The notes below the pieces were generated by a model, which saw only the letters and a program-made list of their open reading frames with translations, had not been told where the DNA came from and made no database searches. The position numbers were made by a program, and so were the translations under genes. Below are positions 17,542 to 27,246 of a stretch of 37,078 bases of DNA, one piece after another. Source of the stretch: Nitrospirota bacterium. GTDB lineage: Bacteria; Nitrospirota; Nitrospiria; Nitrospirales; Nitrospiraceae. Location: the NCBI GenBank assembly GCA_963703955.1, contig CAVPGK010000002.1:1-37078 (forward strand), written 5' to 3'. Every line of letters begins with the position of its first letter. Position 1 is the first letter of the stretch.

Positions 17542-18561
17542 TTATGATCGTTTTCCCTGAATGAAGTCTTCAGCCAACCGGACGTCTTCCGGGCTCCCGA
17601 TGATGAGCGGCACGCGTTGATGCAGCTTGGTCGGTTGTATGTCCAGAATCCGCTGGGTGCCGGTGCTGGCACTGCCGCCGGCTTGTTCCACAATGAATGC
17701 GAGCGGCGCCGCCTCATACATCAACCGCAGCTTTCCCTCCGTCTTTCCCTCTTCCGCCGGGTAGAGGTACACTCCTCCCACGCTCAACAAGCGATGAACG
17801 TCGGCGACCAGACATCCGGAGTATCGCCCTGAATAGGGTCGTCCGCTGGCCGTGTCCTTTTCCTGCAGTTGGGCGATGAACTGTTGCACCCCTTGGGACC
17901 ATTTTCGACGATTGCCCTCGTTGACGCTATAGAGTTTCCCCCGAGCAGGCATCTTGAGGCAATCGTTCGATAACACGAATTCGCCGATCCCCGGATCCAG
18001 CGTAAACTGGTGGACCCCGGCTCCTCGCGTATACACCAGCACCGTGCTCGGCCCGTACAGGACATAGCCGGCGGCGACCTGCTCGGAGCCGGGTTTCAAC
18101 AAATCGGCGTCAGGGACGGTGTTGGCGCGATCGGACACGCGATGTACCGAGAAAATCGAGCCTACCACGGCGTTCACATCCACGTTGGACGATCCGTCCA
18201 GTGGATCAAAGAACAGCGCATAATTGCCACGCCGAGCGCCGACAGGCAACCGGCCGCCCACATGGAGCGGATTGTCCATCTCCTCCGAGATGAGGGTTCG
18301 GACGGAGCCGCTGTATTCAAAGGCACGAACGAAACTGTCGTTCGCCTTCTGGTCCAATTTCTGCACCGCCTCACCCTGGACATTGGTCTCACCAGTCAGA
18401 CCCAGTACGTCAATGAGACCCGCGTGGCTCATATCTCGGGCGATGACCTTGGCGGCCAGCGCAAACTGAGCCATGATGGCGGCGAATTCCCCGGTGGTCG
18501 CCGGCTCGCCGGCCTGTTCTTCAATGATATGTCGAGTCAAAGTGACTGGGGAATGATCCAT
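17542..18561 (-). CDS. fbp: Class 1 fructose-1,6-bisphosphatase
   Basis: NVQGEAVQKLD, FDPLDGSSNVDVN, AAGYVLYGPST, RYSGCLVADVHR and GKLRLMYEAAP. Confidence 0.96.
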   Translation of the reverse strand: MDHSPVTLTRHIIEEQAGEPATTGEFAAIMAQFALAAKVIARDMSHAGLIDVLGLTGETNVQGEAVQKLDQKANDSFVRAFEYSGSVRTLISEEMDNPLHVGGRLPVGARRGNYALFFDPLDGSSNVDVNAVVGSIFSVHRVSDRANTVPDADLLKPGSEQVAAGYVLYGPSTVLVYTRGAGVHQFTLDPGIGEFVLSNDCLKMPARGKLYSVNEGNRRKWSQGVQQFIAQLQEKDTASGRPYSGRYSGCLVADVHRLLSVGGVYLYPAEEGKTEGKLRLMYEAAPLAFIVEQAGGSASTGTQRILDIQPTKLHQRVPLIIGSPEDVRLAEDFIQGKRS

Positions 18562-18586
18562 GGAATATCTTCCAGGTGGTCTTGAG

Positions 18587-18616
18587 ATTATAACGGTTTT
18601 ATGAAAGAAGGCGCAA
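18587..18616 (-). promoter_or_regulatory. Putative sigma70 promoter for fbp-fbaB
   Basis: On the - strand: TTGCGC, 18 nt, perfect TATAAT (18592-18587), about 25 nt before the fbp ATG. Confidence 0.6.
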
Positions 18617-18692
18617 TCGATTCACAACTATGCGGGGATTTCTGCTCTCCCGAGTGGGTTCTGTCGTCGGCGCCTTCGTCGATCTAGCTGGG

Positions 18693-19520
18693 TTATTGGT
18701 CGGTCCTGATCTCCGTTGCTTCGACGAGACGGGCAACCACAGACCCAATGATGACTTTGGCTTTCATCATGACCGGTATGCGGCGGGTGTCGCGGGTCAA
18801 CCACACTCGAATATTCCCTTCGTTGAGGAAAATTCCCTGGAACGGCATGATCACCAGGACCCGAATGGCCTCCACCTCTCCCCACGGAGCTCTGACCCGA
18901 TCGGTACCCTCCACGCGGACCTCTACGCGATAGTTCTTCTTGTCGTGGTGCAGATTCAACGTGATGGTCGAGCCAGGCTCGATGGACGGCAAGCTTCTGA
19001 CGTAATACAGACAGGAGACAAGATCATGGGTCTCACGCGGAATCTGGAGGGTTTCCGCAACTCCATCTTTGATGTCAAGACTCGTGCCGTCACGGTGCCG
19101 GAAGGTCACATCGAAATCGTTCTTCCTCTTACCTTCCCGCCGCTGGAAGATCATCCGGTATGGTGCCAGAGTCTCGGCGTCGACCAGCGATTCCACTCGG
19201 TTATCAATCGGGTACACTTTGGAGATCACCGAGTTGGACTTGGCCGTGGTGAGGAGTTTCAACGCGGCACGTCCATCGATCGGCGAGGTGCCCGAGACCC
19301 CCATGACAGCGGTCCCCGCGCGGATGTTCAACCAAGAGAGGGAATAGGTGAGACGTTCGCCGGGCGCGAAAGGGCGAGGAGAAAGGTCAGGGCTTATCGC
19401 GGGCGAGTTAGAAAAAGCCGGGGAGTAACACAGAAGGAGCGTAGTAAAGAAGAGGAGAAGACCGCCGACTATCCAACCGTGACCCCTCTCGTATCGCGCC
19501 AATGCCGGTCCCTTCATCAC
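18693..19520 (-). CDS. DUF3108-like exported protein
   Basis: N-terminal hydrophobic segment, PFAPGERLTYSLSWLNIRAG, DLVSCLYYVR and IRVWLTRDTRRIPV. Its start overlaps the algC stop (ATGA). Confidence 0.75.
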   Translation of the reverse strand: MMKGPALARYERGHGWIVGGLLLFFTTLLLCYSPAFSNSPAISPDLSPRPFAPGERLTYSLSWLNIRAGTAVMGVSGTSPIDGRAALKLLTTAKSNSVISKVYPIDNRVESLVDAETLAPYRMIFQRREGKRKNDFDVTFRHRDGTSLDIKDGVAETLQIPRETHDLVSCLYYVRSLPSIEPGSTITLNLHHDKKNYRVEVRVEGTDRVRAPWGEVEAIRVLVIMPFQGIFLNEGNIRVWLTRDTRRIPVMMKAKVIIGSVVARLVEATEIRTDQ

Positions 19521-20917
19521 GACGTCAGGGCCCGCCGTGACCGCTCCAGTTCGGACTCAATGAAGGTCCGGATGGCGGCTAGGCGGTCGGGTGACGAAGC
19601 CTCAAACCGAAGGACCAGGGCGGGCTGGGTGTTGGACGCCCGGATCAACCCCCAGCCGTCTTCAAAGATCGCCCGGATGCCGTCGATGGTGACGACCTCC
19701 CGAATGGTTAATCCGGATGCGTTCACGGCGGACCCAGACTTGGCATGTTCCACCAAACGTGCCTGGACATGGTTGACCAGGTCGAACTTGATCGTATCCG
19801 GGCAATCTACACGGATCTCCGGTGTCACCGAGGTCGACGGCAAATCGGCGATCAACGAGGACAGCGGCCGACCGGTTTTCGCCAGGATTTCAACCAGCCG
19901 GCAGGAGGCATAAATCGCATCGTCATATCCGAAATACCGGTCGGCAAAGAACATGTGGCCTGACATCTCTCCGGCGAGCACCGCCGACTCCTCCCTCATT
20001 TTGGATTTGATCAATGAATGGCCTGTCTTCCACATGATCGGTCGGCCTCCATGGCGTCGAATATCGTCATAGAGACTCTGCGACGCTTTGACCTCTGAGA
20101 GAATCGTGCTCCCCGGCCGATTCGCCAGGATGTCTCGAGCAAAAACCACCATCAACCGGTCTCCCCACAGGATGTTTCCCCGCTCATCGACCGTGCCGAT
20201 ACGATCGGCATCGCCATCGTACCCAATCCCGACATCGGCGCGGGTCTCTGTCACCGCCTCGATGAGATCGTGGAGATTCTCGACGACGGTGGGGTCCGGA
20301 TGATGATTTGGGAACCGCCCATCCAGGTCACAATATAATCCCGTGACGCGACAGCCCAGTTGCTCTAACGCTTCCTTCGCCACCAGCGCCGCTGCGCCGT
20401 TCCCGCAGTCGATCACGATATGCAGCCGGTTCCCTTGGACTGACGCAAAACTGTTTTTCAAATAGGCGAGATAGTCCGGGATGGTCGGGTGCATCGTGAC
20501 CGTCCCGGTTCCCGAAGAAAACTGCCCGCTTTCCATGACCCTCTTCAGGTGCTGGATGTCTTCGCCATGAATCGCGTCCTTTCCGATGCACAGCTTGAAG
20601 CCGTTGTACTCGGATGAGTTGTGACTCCCGGTGATCATCACACCGCCGCCGACCGGAAGGTGAAACAAGGAAAAATACAAGACCGGGGTGGGGCATACTC
20701 CAACATCCACCACGTTCAGTCCGCCTTGGGTCAGGCCACGGACCAGCCGGTCCCGGAGCGCCGGGGAGCTCGGGCGACCATCGCGGCCCACGCTGACCGT
20801 CTTGACCTGCTTACCCTGTGCGACTGTGGCATAGGCGCGACCGATCTGTTCGGCCACGGGTTCGGTCAGTTCCTGTCCGACGATTCCCCTGATGTCATAC
20901 TCGCGAAAAAGCGCCAC
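19517..20917 (-). CDS. algC: Phosphomannomutase/phosphoglucomutase
   Basis: FREYDIRG, MITGSHN (phospho-Ser), FPNHHPDP, DGDADR, AGEMSGH and RASNTQP. Confidence 0.93.
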   Translation of the reverse strand: MALFREYDIRGIVGQELTEPVAEQIGRAYATVAQGKQVKTVSVGRDGRPSSPALRDRLVRGLTQGGLNVVDVGVCPTPVLYFSLFHLPVGGGVMITGSHNSSEYNGFKLCIGKDAIHGEDIQHLKRVMESGQFSSGTGTVTMHPTIPDYLAYLKNSFASVQGNRLHIVIDCGNGAAALVAKEALEQLGCRVTGLYCDLDGRFPNHHPDPTVVENLHDLIEAVTETRADVGIGYDGDADRIGTVDERGNILWGDRLMVVFARDILANRPGSTILSEVKASQSLYDDIRRHGGRPIMWKTGHSLIKSKMREESAVLAGEMSGHMFFADRYFGYDDAIYASCRLVEILAKTGRPLSSLIADLPSTSVTPEIRVDCPDTIKFDLVNHVQARLVEHAKSGSAVNASGLTIREVVTIDGIRAIFEDGWGLIRASNTQPALVLRFEASSPDRLAAIRTFIESELERSRRALTS

Positions 20918-20973
20918 GATTGGTTATTCGTTAACCGTCATGATTAAACACAAGGTTGGCTTCGTGCTTTGAC

Positions 20974-21002
20974 TACATAGCGAGCAGGGCCATTGTTGAC
21001 AA
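20974..21002 (-). promoter_or_regulatory. Putative sigma70 promoter upstream of algC
   Basis: On the - strand: TTGTCA, 17 nt, TATGTA. Confidence 0.4.
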
Positions 21003-21065
21003 CCAAATCAGCCCTCAATCCGTCTTGTCGCATTTTATCGGTCCGACCGATTGACGATTCACGCT

Positions 21066-22517
21066 TCACAAGTCACGTTTTGTACCCCGGCCGTAATCGT
21101 CCTGAAACCTGACAATGTCGTCTTCACCGAGGTACGGCCCATTCTGCACTTCGATGATATGGAGCGTGTCGGAGCCAGGATTTTCTAGCCGATGACGGGT
21201 CTCTTTCGGAATTGCCGTGCTCTGCCCGACCGTCAGATCATAGACCCGCTCTCCACACGTAACGCGCGCCGTCCCGGAAATCACCACCCAATGTTCGCTG
21301 CGCTGATGATGCAATTGCAGAGATAGGCGCCCACCGGAATTGACGGTCACGCGTTTCACCTTATAGCCGGTGCCTTCTTCCAGCACCGTATACGATCCCC
21401 ACGGACGAAACACGGTCCGATGCTCCAGATGCTCCGGAGCGCCCTGTTGCTTGAGAATCTCCACGACCTTCTTGACGTCCTGAGCCCGGGACTTGGGACA
21501 GATCAAGGTGGCATCAGGCGTATCGACCACCACCATGCCGGACAATCCGATGGTCGCGATCAGCCGTTGATCGGCATACAGAATCGAGTCGTGGCTGTCC
21601 AGATCCACGACCTTGCCGCTGACGACATTGTTCGAGGCTGTTCGCGCGGACACTTCCTCCAAGCTGCTCCAGTTGCCGACATCGGACCAAGTGAAATCGA
21701 CCGGGATCATCGCCGCTCTGGACGATCGCTCCATGACGCCGTTGTCGATGGAGACCGAAGCCAGGCGACGATAGGCATGGGTGAACTCGTCCGAGGCCGA
21801 CGGTGAGTCCAACAGAGGCGCCATTTTCTGGATCCTACGGGCCAAAGCTGGCTGGTGCGCAGCGACCTCTTCCAAAATGGTCGAGGCCCGCCACACAAAC
21901 ATGCCGCTGTTCCAATAGTAGTGGCCTGAACGAAGATACCGGGCGGCTGTCTCCGCATCGGGCTTTTCCACGAAGCGGGCGACGCGATACCCACAGAGCT
22001 TGCCATGCACTCCGAGACGAGCGCGACGATTCGGTTGAATATACCCGTATCCGGTTTCCGCACGAAGAGGTTTCACTCCGAACGTGACCAGATATCCGTC
22101 CTCCGCCATCTCGGACGCGAGCGCCACGGCGGCCCGAAACCGCTTCTCTTCCTTGACGACATGGTCGGCTGGCAGCACGACCATGACCGCATCCGGGTCC
22201 CGCCGGGCGAGGTGCGCGGCGGCCAGCGCGATCGCCGGGGCTGTGTTGCGGCCTTCTGGCTCGATGAGAAAGTTGTCCCGCAATTCTTCTTTCCATTCAT
22301 TGAGCTGGAATCGGATCGAGTCAGCTTGAGCCACATTCGTTGACAGGAAGACCCGATCAGCCGTGACGCATCGCAATACCCTGCGCATCGTCTGCTGGAT
22401 CAGAGTCTCTCCCCCCATGATCCGCAAAAGCTGCTTGGGGTAGAGGTGTCGACTGAGAGGCCAAAAGCGAGTGCCGCTTCCGCCGGCTAAAATCACCGCA
22501 TAGAGATGCTTAGTCAT
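21066..22517 (-). CDS. manC: Mannose-1-phosphate guanylyltransferase / mannose-6-phosphate isomerase (bifunctional)
   Basis: ILAGGSGTRFWPLSR..PKQ, EPEGRNTAPA, FVEKPD, WNSGMF and WSDVGNW; C-terminal cupin RPWG...SLQLHHQRSEHW...GEDDIVRF. Confidence 0.95.
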   Translation of the reverse strand: MTKHLYAVILAGGSGTRFWPLSRHLYPKQLLRIMGGETLIQQTMRRVLRCVTADRVFLSTNVAQADSIRFQLNEWKEELRDNFLIEPEGRNTAPAIALAAAHLARRDPDAVMVVLPADHVVKEEKRFRAAVALASEMAEDGYLVTFGVKPLRAETGYGYIQPNRRARLGVHGKLCGYRVARFVEKPDAETAARYLRSGHYYWNSGMFVWRASTILEEVAAHQPALARRIQKMAPLLDSPSASDEFTHAYRRLASVSIDNGVMERSSRAAMIPVDFTWSDVGNWSSLEEVSARTASNNVVSGKVVDLDSHDSILYADQRLIATIGLSGMVVVDTPDATLICPKSRAQDVKKVVEILKQQGAPEHLEHRTVFRPWGSYTVLEEGTGYKVKRVTVNSGGRLSLQLHHQRSEHWVVISGTARVTCGERVYDLTVGQSTAIPKETRHRLENPGSDTLHIIEVQNGPYLGEDDIVRFQDDYGRGTKRDL

Positions 22518-22699
22518 GCCGTGGTGGTTGGATGATCATTCGTTCAGTGTCCGTTCACGCTGTCGGTGCCGCTCCAACTTTTTTCACCTCGCCTTGGGAC
22601 GCATTCAGTGAGAGTCGTTAGCCGTGTTTCGCTGGACCGAGTTTCTACCCGGAATTCTGGCGAATCGTTGGAACGGCACCTCAACAAGTATAGCTCGGC

Positions 22700-23260
22700 T
22701 CACGCATGAACGAGGAGACTTTGCGCGGAAATTCCCCGTGCGGTCAGAATGAGATCGACGACTTCACGAACCGCCCCCTCTCCGCCTTTTTTTCGACAGA
22801 CGTAATGAACCGCCTCCAGCACCGTTGGAAGACTGTCCGCGGGAGCCGCCGAAAATCCCACGGCCTTCAGCGTCTCCAGATCATTGACATCATCGCCGAT
22901 ATAGGCGACTTCTCGAAGCGAGAGGCCATGTCTGGCAATAATGCCCCGCATCACGGCCAGCTTATCGCGGGCTCCCTGATGGATTTCTGGGATGGCGAGC
23001 TTTTCTCCCCGTCGCGCCACGAGTTTCGTCTCCTCTTGCGTGATCAAGGCGGTGAGAAGCCCAATGCGCTGAAGCAATTTGATGCCCATGCCGTCATGGG
23101 TATTGAACTTCTTGAGTTCATCTCCGGACTCGGAATAATACATCCCGGCGTCCGTGAGCACTCCATCCACATCCGTCGCCAGAAGGCGAACGCGCTTCAG
23201 GGTTCGATAGATGGACGCACGATCGGCGTGAACCCGTTTATTGGATCGGGGGATGGGCAT
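22700..23260 (-). CDS. KdsC-like HAD phosphatase (KDO-8-P / nonulosonate-9-P phosphatase family)
   Basis: LLATDVDGVLTDAG, KKFNTHDGMGI, AYIGDDVND and GGEGAVRE motifs. Confidence 0.88.
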   Translation of the reverse strand: MPIPRSNKRVHADRASIYRTLKRVRLLATDVDGVLTDAGMYYSESGDELKKFNTHDGMGIKLLQRIGLLTALITQEETKLVARRGEKLAIPEIHQGARDKLAVMRGIIARHGLSLREVAYIGDDVNDLETLKAVGFSAAPADSLPTVLEAVHYVCRKKGGEGAVREVVDLILTARGISAQSLLVHA

Positions 23261-23350
23261 AGCGCGTGAGGTCGCACACGCGGATGATCTTAACAGAGGG
23301 GCTCCGGCAAAGACAACCGGGGCGACCGATCCTGATATCGGTCAGGTCGG

Positions 23351-24337
23351 CTAGGTCGGCTTGGACTTCCGGGACAACGCCTGGAGGTCCGCCTCAACCA
23401 TTTCCTTGACCAGATCTTTAAATTTCACCCGACAGGACCACCCCAGCTTTTTTTTGGCCATCGTCGCATCGCCCAATAGGATCTCCACCTCGGCGGGTCG
23501 CAGAAACTGGGGGTCCACAACGACATGGTTTTGATAATTGAGGCCGACGTGAGAAAATGCCGCATCGGCGAACTCTCGAACCGTATGTTGCTCGCCCGTC
23601 GCGACCACATAATCTTCGGGGGTTTCCTGCTGGAGCATGAGCCACATGGCTTGCACGTAGTCCAGCGCATGCCCCCAATCGCGCCGCGCGTCCAAATTGC
23701 CCAATCTCACTTCCTTCGCCAGCCCGAGCTTGATCCGCGCGGCGTGCGAGGTGATTTTTCTCGTGACGAATTCAAACCCGCGCCGGGGCGATTCGTGGTT
23801 GTACAGGATGCCGGACGACGCCTTGATGCCGTACGCTTCCCGATAGTTTCTCGTCAAATGAAATCCCGCAACTTTCGAAATGCCGTACGCCGAGCGCGGA
23901 TGAAACGGAGTCCGTTCATTCTGCGGTACCTCCGCCACCTTCCCAAACATTTCACTCGACGCCGCAAAGTAGAACCGGCAACCGGGCGCACAGTCCCGCA
24001 ACGCGGTCAGGACGTGGTGCGTGCCGTTGATATTGGCATTGAGGGTCGAATATTCGTCTTCAAACGAATAGGTCACAAAGCTTTGGGCGGCCAAGTGATA
24101 GCACTCATCCGGCTTGACGGCATGGAACACGCGGTAGACGCTGGGCAGGCTTTCCACCGAGGCGGCATGCAAATGGAGACGATCCTTTACGTGCAAGATC
24201 CGCCAAAGTCGGTGCTCGGGATCTTCGATCGCCACTCTCCGGACGATCCCGTGCACTTCATAGCCTTTGTCCAGCAGTAACTCGGCCAAATACGAGCCGT
24301 CTTGCCCGGTAATTCCGGTTATCAGTGCGCGCTTCAT
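23351..24337 (-). CDS. gmd: GDP-mannose 4,6-dehydratase
   Basis: ALITGITGQDGSYLAE, HLAAQSFV, PRSAYGISK, NHESPRRG..FVTRKIT and LGNLDARRDWG. Confidence 0.96.
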   Translation of the reverse strand: MKRALITGITGQDGSYLAELLLDKGYEVHGIVRRVAIEDPEHRLWRILHVKDRLHLHAASVESLPSVYRVFHAVKPDECYHLAAQSFVTYSFEDEYSTLNANINGTHHVLTALRDCAPGCRFYFAASSEMFGKVAEVPQNERTPFHPRSAYGISKVAGFHLTRNYREAYGIKASSGILYNHESPRRGFEFVTRKITSHAARIKLGLAKEVRLGNLDARRDWGHALDYVQAMWLMLQQETPEDYVVATGEQHTVREFADAAFSHVGLNYQNHVVVDPQFLRPAEVEILLGDATMAKKKLGWSCRVKFKDLVKEMVEADLQALSRKSKPT

Positions 24338-25192
24338 TTACACCTTGGCCGGTGTCGAAGGCGTTCGGACCGCTTCCATGAATCTCATCAAGGCGTCTCT
24401 CCAATGAGGGAGAACAATGCCGGCTTCGGCAAGGACTCGATTGGCCAGCACCGCGTATGCCGGACGAGACGCCGCTCGCTTCGCCTCGGCCGTCGAAATG
24501 GGATGCACCGACACTGAAACGTCCATCGTCGATATGATGGCGCGCGCAAATTCATGCCACGTGCAATCGCCGGTTCCGCAGGCGTGGACGACGCCGCGGA
24601 TCTCCACAGAGAGGACCCGGGCGATCGCCGCCGCCAGATCTTCGGCATAAGTGGGGCATCCTCTCTGATCTGCCACCACACGGAGTTCCCGTTGCTCGTG
24701 GGCGAGCCGCATGATCGTTTTGACGAAATTATGGCCATGCACGCCGTAGAGCCATGAGGTCCGCAGAATCAGCGTATTTCCGCAGTGGGCCAACGCTTGC
24801 TGTTCCCCCTCTAGCTTGGACCGCCCATACACGCTGATCGGGTTGGGCTCATCCGTCTCGCCATACGGGGTCTGCTTCCAACCGTCGAATACGTAGTCTG
24901 TCGACAGATAGATCAAGCGAGCGCCCGCCTGAGATGCGGCTCTGGCAACGCGACGAGTCCCTTCCGCATTGATCGCCATCACGTGTTCCGGTTCCTCTTC
25001 CGCTTTATCGACCTGCGTATAGGCCGCGGTATGGATTACCACATCCGGTCGTGCAGCCAGCACCTGTTGTCCGACATCCGGGTTGAGAAGATCGAATGCC
25101 GGCCAGACGGCGCACAGGAGCGTCTCGGCCGCCAATACCCGCTGCAGCTCATGGCCTAATTGGCCGTCCGCGCCTGTAATCAGGATGCGCAT
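24338..25192 (-). CDS. rfbD: dTDP-4-dehydrorhamnose reductase
   Basis: ITGADGQLG, AAYTQVDKAE, STDYVFDG, YGRSKLEGE and RTSWLYG..NFVKT. Confidence 0.94.
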   Translation of the reverse strand: MRILITGADGQLGHELQRVLAAETLLCAVWPAFDLLNPDVGQQVLAARPDVVIHTAAYTQVDKAEEEPEHVMAINAEGTRRVARAASQAGARLIYLSTDYVFDGWKQTPYGETDEPNPISVYGRSKLEGEQQALAHCGNTLILRTSWLYGVHGHNFVKTIMRLAHEQRELRVVADQRGCPTYAEDLAAAIARVLSVEIRGVVHACGTGDCTWHEFARAIISTMDVSVSVHPISTAEAKRAASRPAYAVLANRVLAEAGIVLPHWRDALMRFMEAVRTPSTPAKV

Positions 25193-25255
25193 CGTTCGAG
25201 TGAGACTACGGGGTAAAGAAACAAGGCGATCACACCGTGTTTTACACTGTGTAAC

Positions 25256-26296
25256 CTACCCCCTTTTCCCTTCTATTCCCACTTCCCCTTCCTTAAGCCG
25301 GTGTCCATAGGCTTGAGCGTAGTAGGTGACAAACTCACCGGCTTTGATTTTTTTCCACCATCGCTCGTTCGTGCGGTACCAGTCAACCGTCGCCCGCAGC
25401 CCCCCTTCGAACGGAACGGCCGGACTCCAGCCGAGCCCGCGCAGACGGCTGCAATCCACAGCATAGCGGCGATCATGGCCGGGACGGTCCTTCACGTGAC
25501 GGATCAACGAGGCCGGTTTGCCCAGATGTTCAAGGATCGCCTGTGCCACGATAATATTTTCACGTTCGTTGCCCCCACCGATATTGTAGACCGTCCCGGG
25601 CACGCCGTGCCGCAAGACGTGCTCGATACCGGCGCAGTGGTCGAACACCGAGAGCCAATCACGGCGGTATCGTCCATCCCCATACAGAGGCAACGGCTGG
25701 TTCTCAATCGCGTTTGTCACAAACAGCGGGATGAATTTTTCCGGGTATTGGTTGGGGCCGTAGGTGTTGCTGCCGCGGGTGATAAGGACAGGAAACCGAT
25801 AGGTGGTCCAATAGCTCCGAACCAACAGGTCGGCTCCCGCCTTACTTGCCGAATACGGACTGCGAGGGTCCAGGGCATCATCTTCCTTCGACGAACCGGT
25901 TTCCACGCTGCCATATACCTCATCCGTGCTGACTTGCAGAAATCGCGCGACCTTCGCCTTTCTGGCTTCGTCGAGCAGAACGGCCGTCCCGACGACATCG
26001 GTTCTTGCGAAATCCCCAGGTTGGAGGATGGAACGGTCGACATGGGTTTCAGCCGCGCAATTGATAACGGCTTCAACGCGATGCTGCTCGAAAATCTGCT
26101 GAACCGCTTTCGCATCACAGATATCACCATGCACAAAGGCATAGCCCGGATGACCGGAGACGTCTTCGAGGTTTTCCAGATTACCGGAATATCGAAGCGC
26201 ATCGAGGTTGATCACCTGATGGCCGTCGTTCGTCAACAGTCGGCGCACCAAATGCGATCCGATAAAACCCGCTCCTCCTGTCACTAGAATGAGCAT
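25256..26296 (-). CDS. rfbB: dTDP-glucose 4,6-dehydratase
   Basis: VTGGAGFIGS, AAETHVDRSI, STDEVYGS, PYSASKA, QYPEKFIP and DRPGHDRRY. Confidence 0.96.
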   Translation of the reverse strand: MLILVTGGAGFIGSHLVRRLLTNDGHQVINLDALRYSGNLENLEDVSGHPGYAFVHGDICDAKAVQQIFEQHRVEAVINCAAETHVDRSILQPGDFARTDVVGTAVLLDEARKAKVARFLQVSTDEVYGSVETGSSKEDDALDPRSPYSASKAGADLLVRSYWTTYRFPVLITRGSNTYGPNQYPEKFIPLFVTNAIENQPLPLYGDGRYRRDWLSVFDHCAGIEHVLRHGVPGTVYNIGGGNERENIIVAQAILEHLGKPASLIRHVKDRPGHDRRYAVDCSRLRGLGWSPAVPFEGGLRATVDWYRTNERWWKKIKAGEFVTYYAQAYGHRLKEGEVGIEGKRG

Positions 26297-26408
26297 GTGG
26301 CACTGAAAGGGGTACTGGGATAGAGAGGCAGCGGACTACTAACATAAGATGAATGACACATAAACACCCCCACAACGTCCGTTTACTACCCTTACTGTCC
26401 CTTACCCT

Positions 26409-27140
26409 TTACCCCATCTTGTTCGCGCCGGTCCTGGCCACGAGTTGATTGGCCAGGAAAAGAGACTCAATAGTCCCGGCATCCGTCCACCATCCCTCCA
26501 GGAGGTCCCACGTCAGCCCTCCCGCCTCAATGTAAGCATTGTTCACATCCGTAATTTCGAGTTCGCCTCGGCTCGATGGTTTCAGCGTCTCGATAATCTC
26601 GAACACGCGGGCGTCGTAAAAATACACGCCCGTCACGGCATACGGAGAGTGGGGACTCGCCGGTTTTTCCTCGATCTTGACGACACGGTTGCCGTCCAGC
26701 AGGGGGACGCCGAAGCGCTGGGGATCTTTAACTTCCTTCAGGAGGATTTTCGCCCCGACTTTCTGCTCTCGAAACGAGGTCGCGGCCCGAAGAATGTTAC
26801 GTTCAATGATATTATCTCCCAGGACGACACACACAGGCTCTCCGTCGGCAAAGAACTCCGCCAGCCGAAGCGCGTCCGCGATGCCTCCCTCCCCTTCCTG
26901 GTATGTGTAATCAAGATGCCGGAGTCCGAACTCTTTGCCGTTCCCCAACAGTTTGAGAAAATCTCCAGCGCTGTTTCCACCGGTCACCAGCAGGATTTCC
27001 CGGATGCCCGCGTTCACGAGCGTCTGGATCGGATAATAGATCATCGGCCGGTCATACACCGGCAGCAGATGCTTATTGGTAACCCGTGTTAGCGGAGAAA
27101 GCCGCGTCCCGAGGCCACCCGCAAGTACGACACCCTTCAT
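26409..27140 (-). CDS. rfbA: Glucose-1-phosphate thymidylyltransferase, short (SpsI-like) form
   Basis: VLAGGLGTRLSPLT..NKHLLPVYDRPMI, LGDNI, EEKP, PSSRGELEITDVN and WTDAGT; 243 aa. Confidence 0.88.
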   Translation of the reverse strand: MKGVVLAGGLGTRLSPLTRVTNKHLLPVYDRPMIYYPIQTLVNAGIREILLVTGGNSAGDFLKLLGNGKEFGLRHLDYTYQEGEGGIADALRLAEFFADGEPVCVVLGDNIIERNILRAATSFREQKVGAKILLKEVKDPQRFGVPLLDGNRVVKIEEKPASPHSPYAVTGVYFYDARVFEIIETLKPSSRGELEITDVNNAYIEAGGLTWDLLEGWWTDAGTIESLFLANQLVARTGANKMG

Positions 27141-27246
27141 CGCTTCTACAGGATTGGGTTTGAGGCTTGACGTTCGACGCGAAAGAAAATCGAGCTGTCG
27201 AACCGGGGATTCTTATGGGCTGATCATAAGAGCTTTGAATATCGAA

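Noticed and set aside
18630..19913. 427-aa + strand ORF, and similar long ORFs at 4742-5779, 16585-17355, 23525-24280, 25301-26287 and 30275-31381
   Set aside because: These are antisense shadows of well-supported - strand genes in GC-rich DNA and carry no recognisable motifs.
23324..23343. Hairpin GACCGAT/ATCGGTC just after gmd, and an inverted repeat at 16466-16512 upstream of the HtrA gene
   Set aside because: Neither has a U-tract on the coding strand, so they cannot be called terminators. They may be stabilising stems or chance.
26380..26415. Short CCCTTAC-type tandem repeats, with similar pyrimidine-rich runs at 28440-28467
   Set aside because: There are only a few degenerate 7-9 nt units with no spacers. 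This is not CRISPR and no function can be supported.
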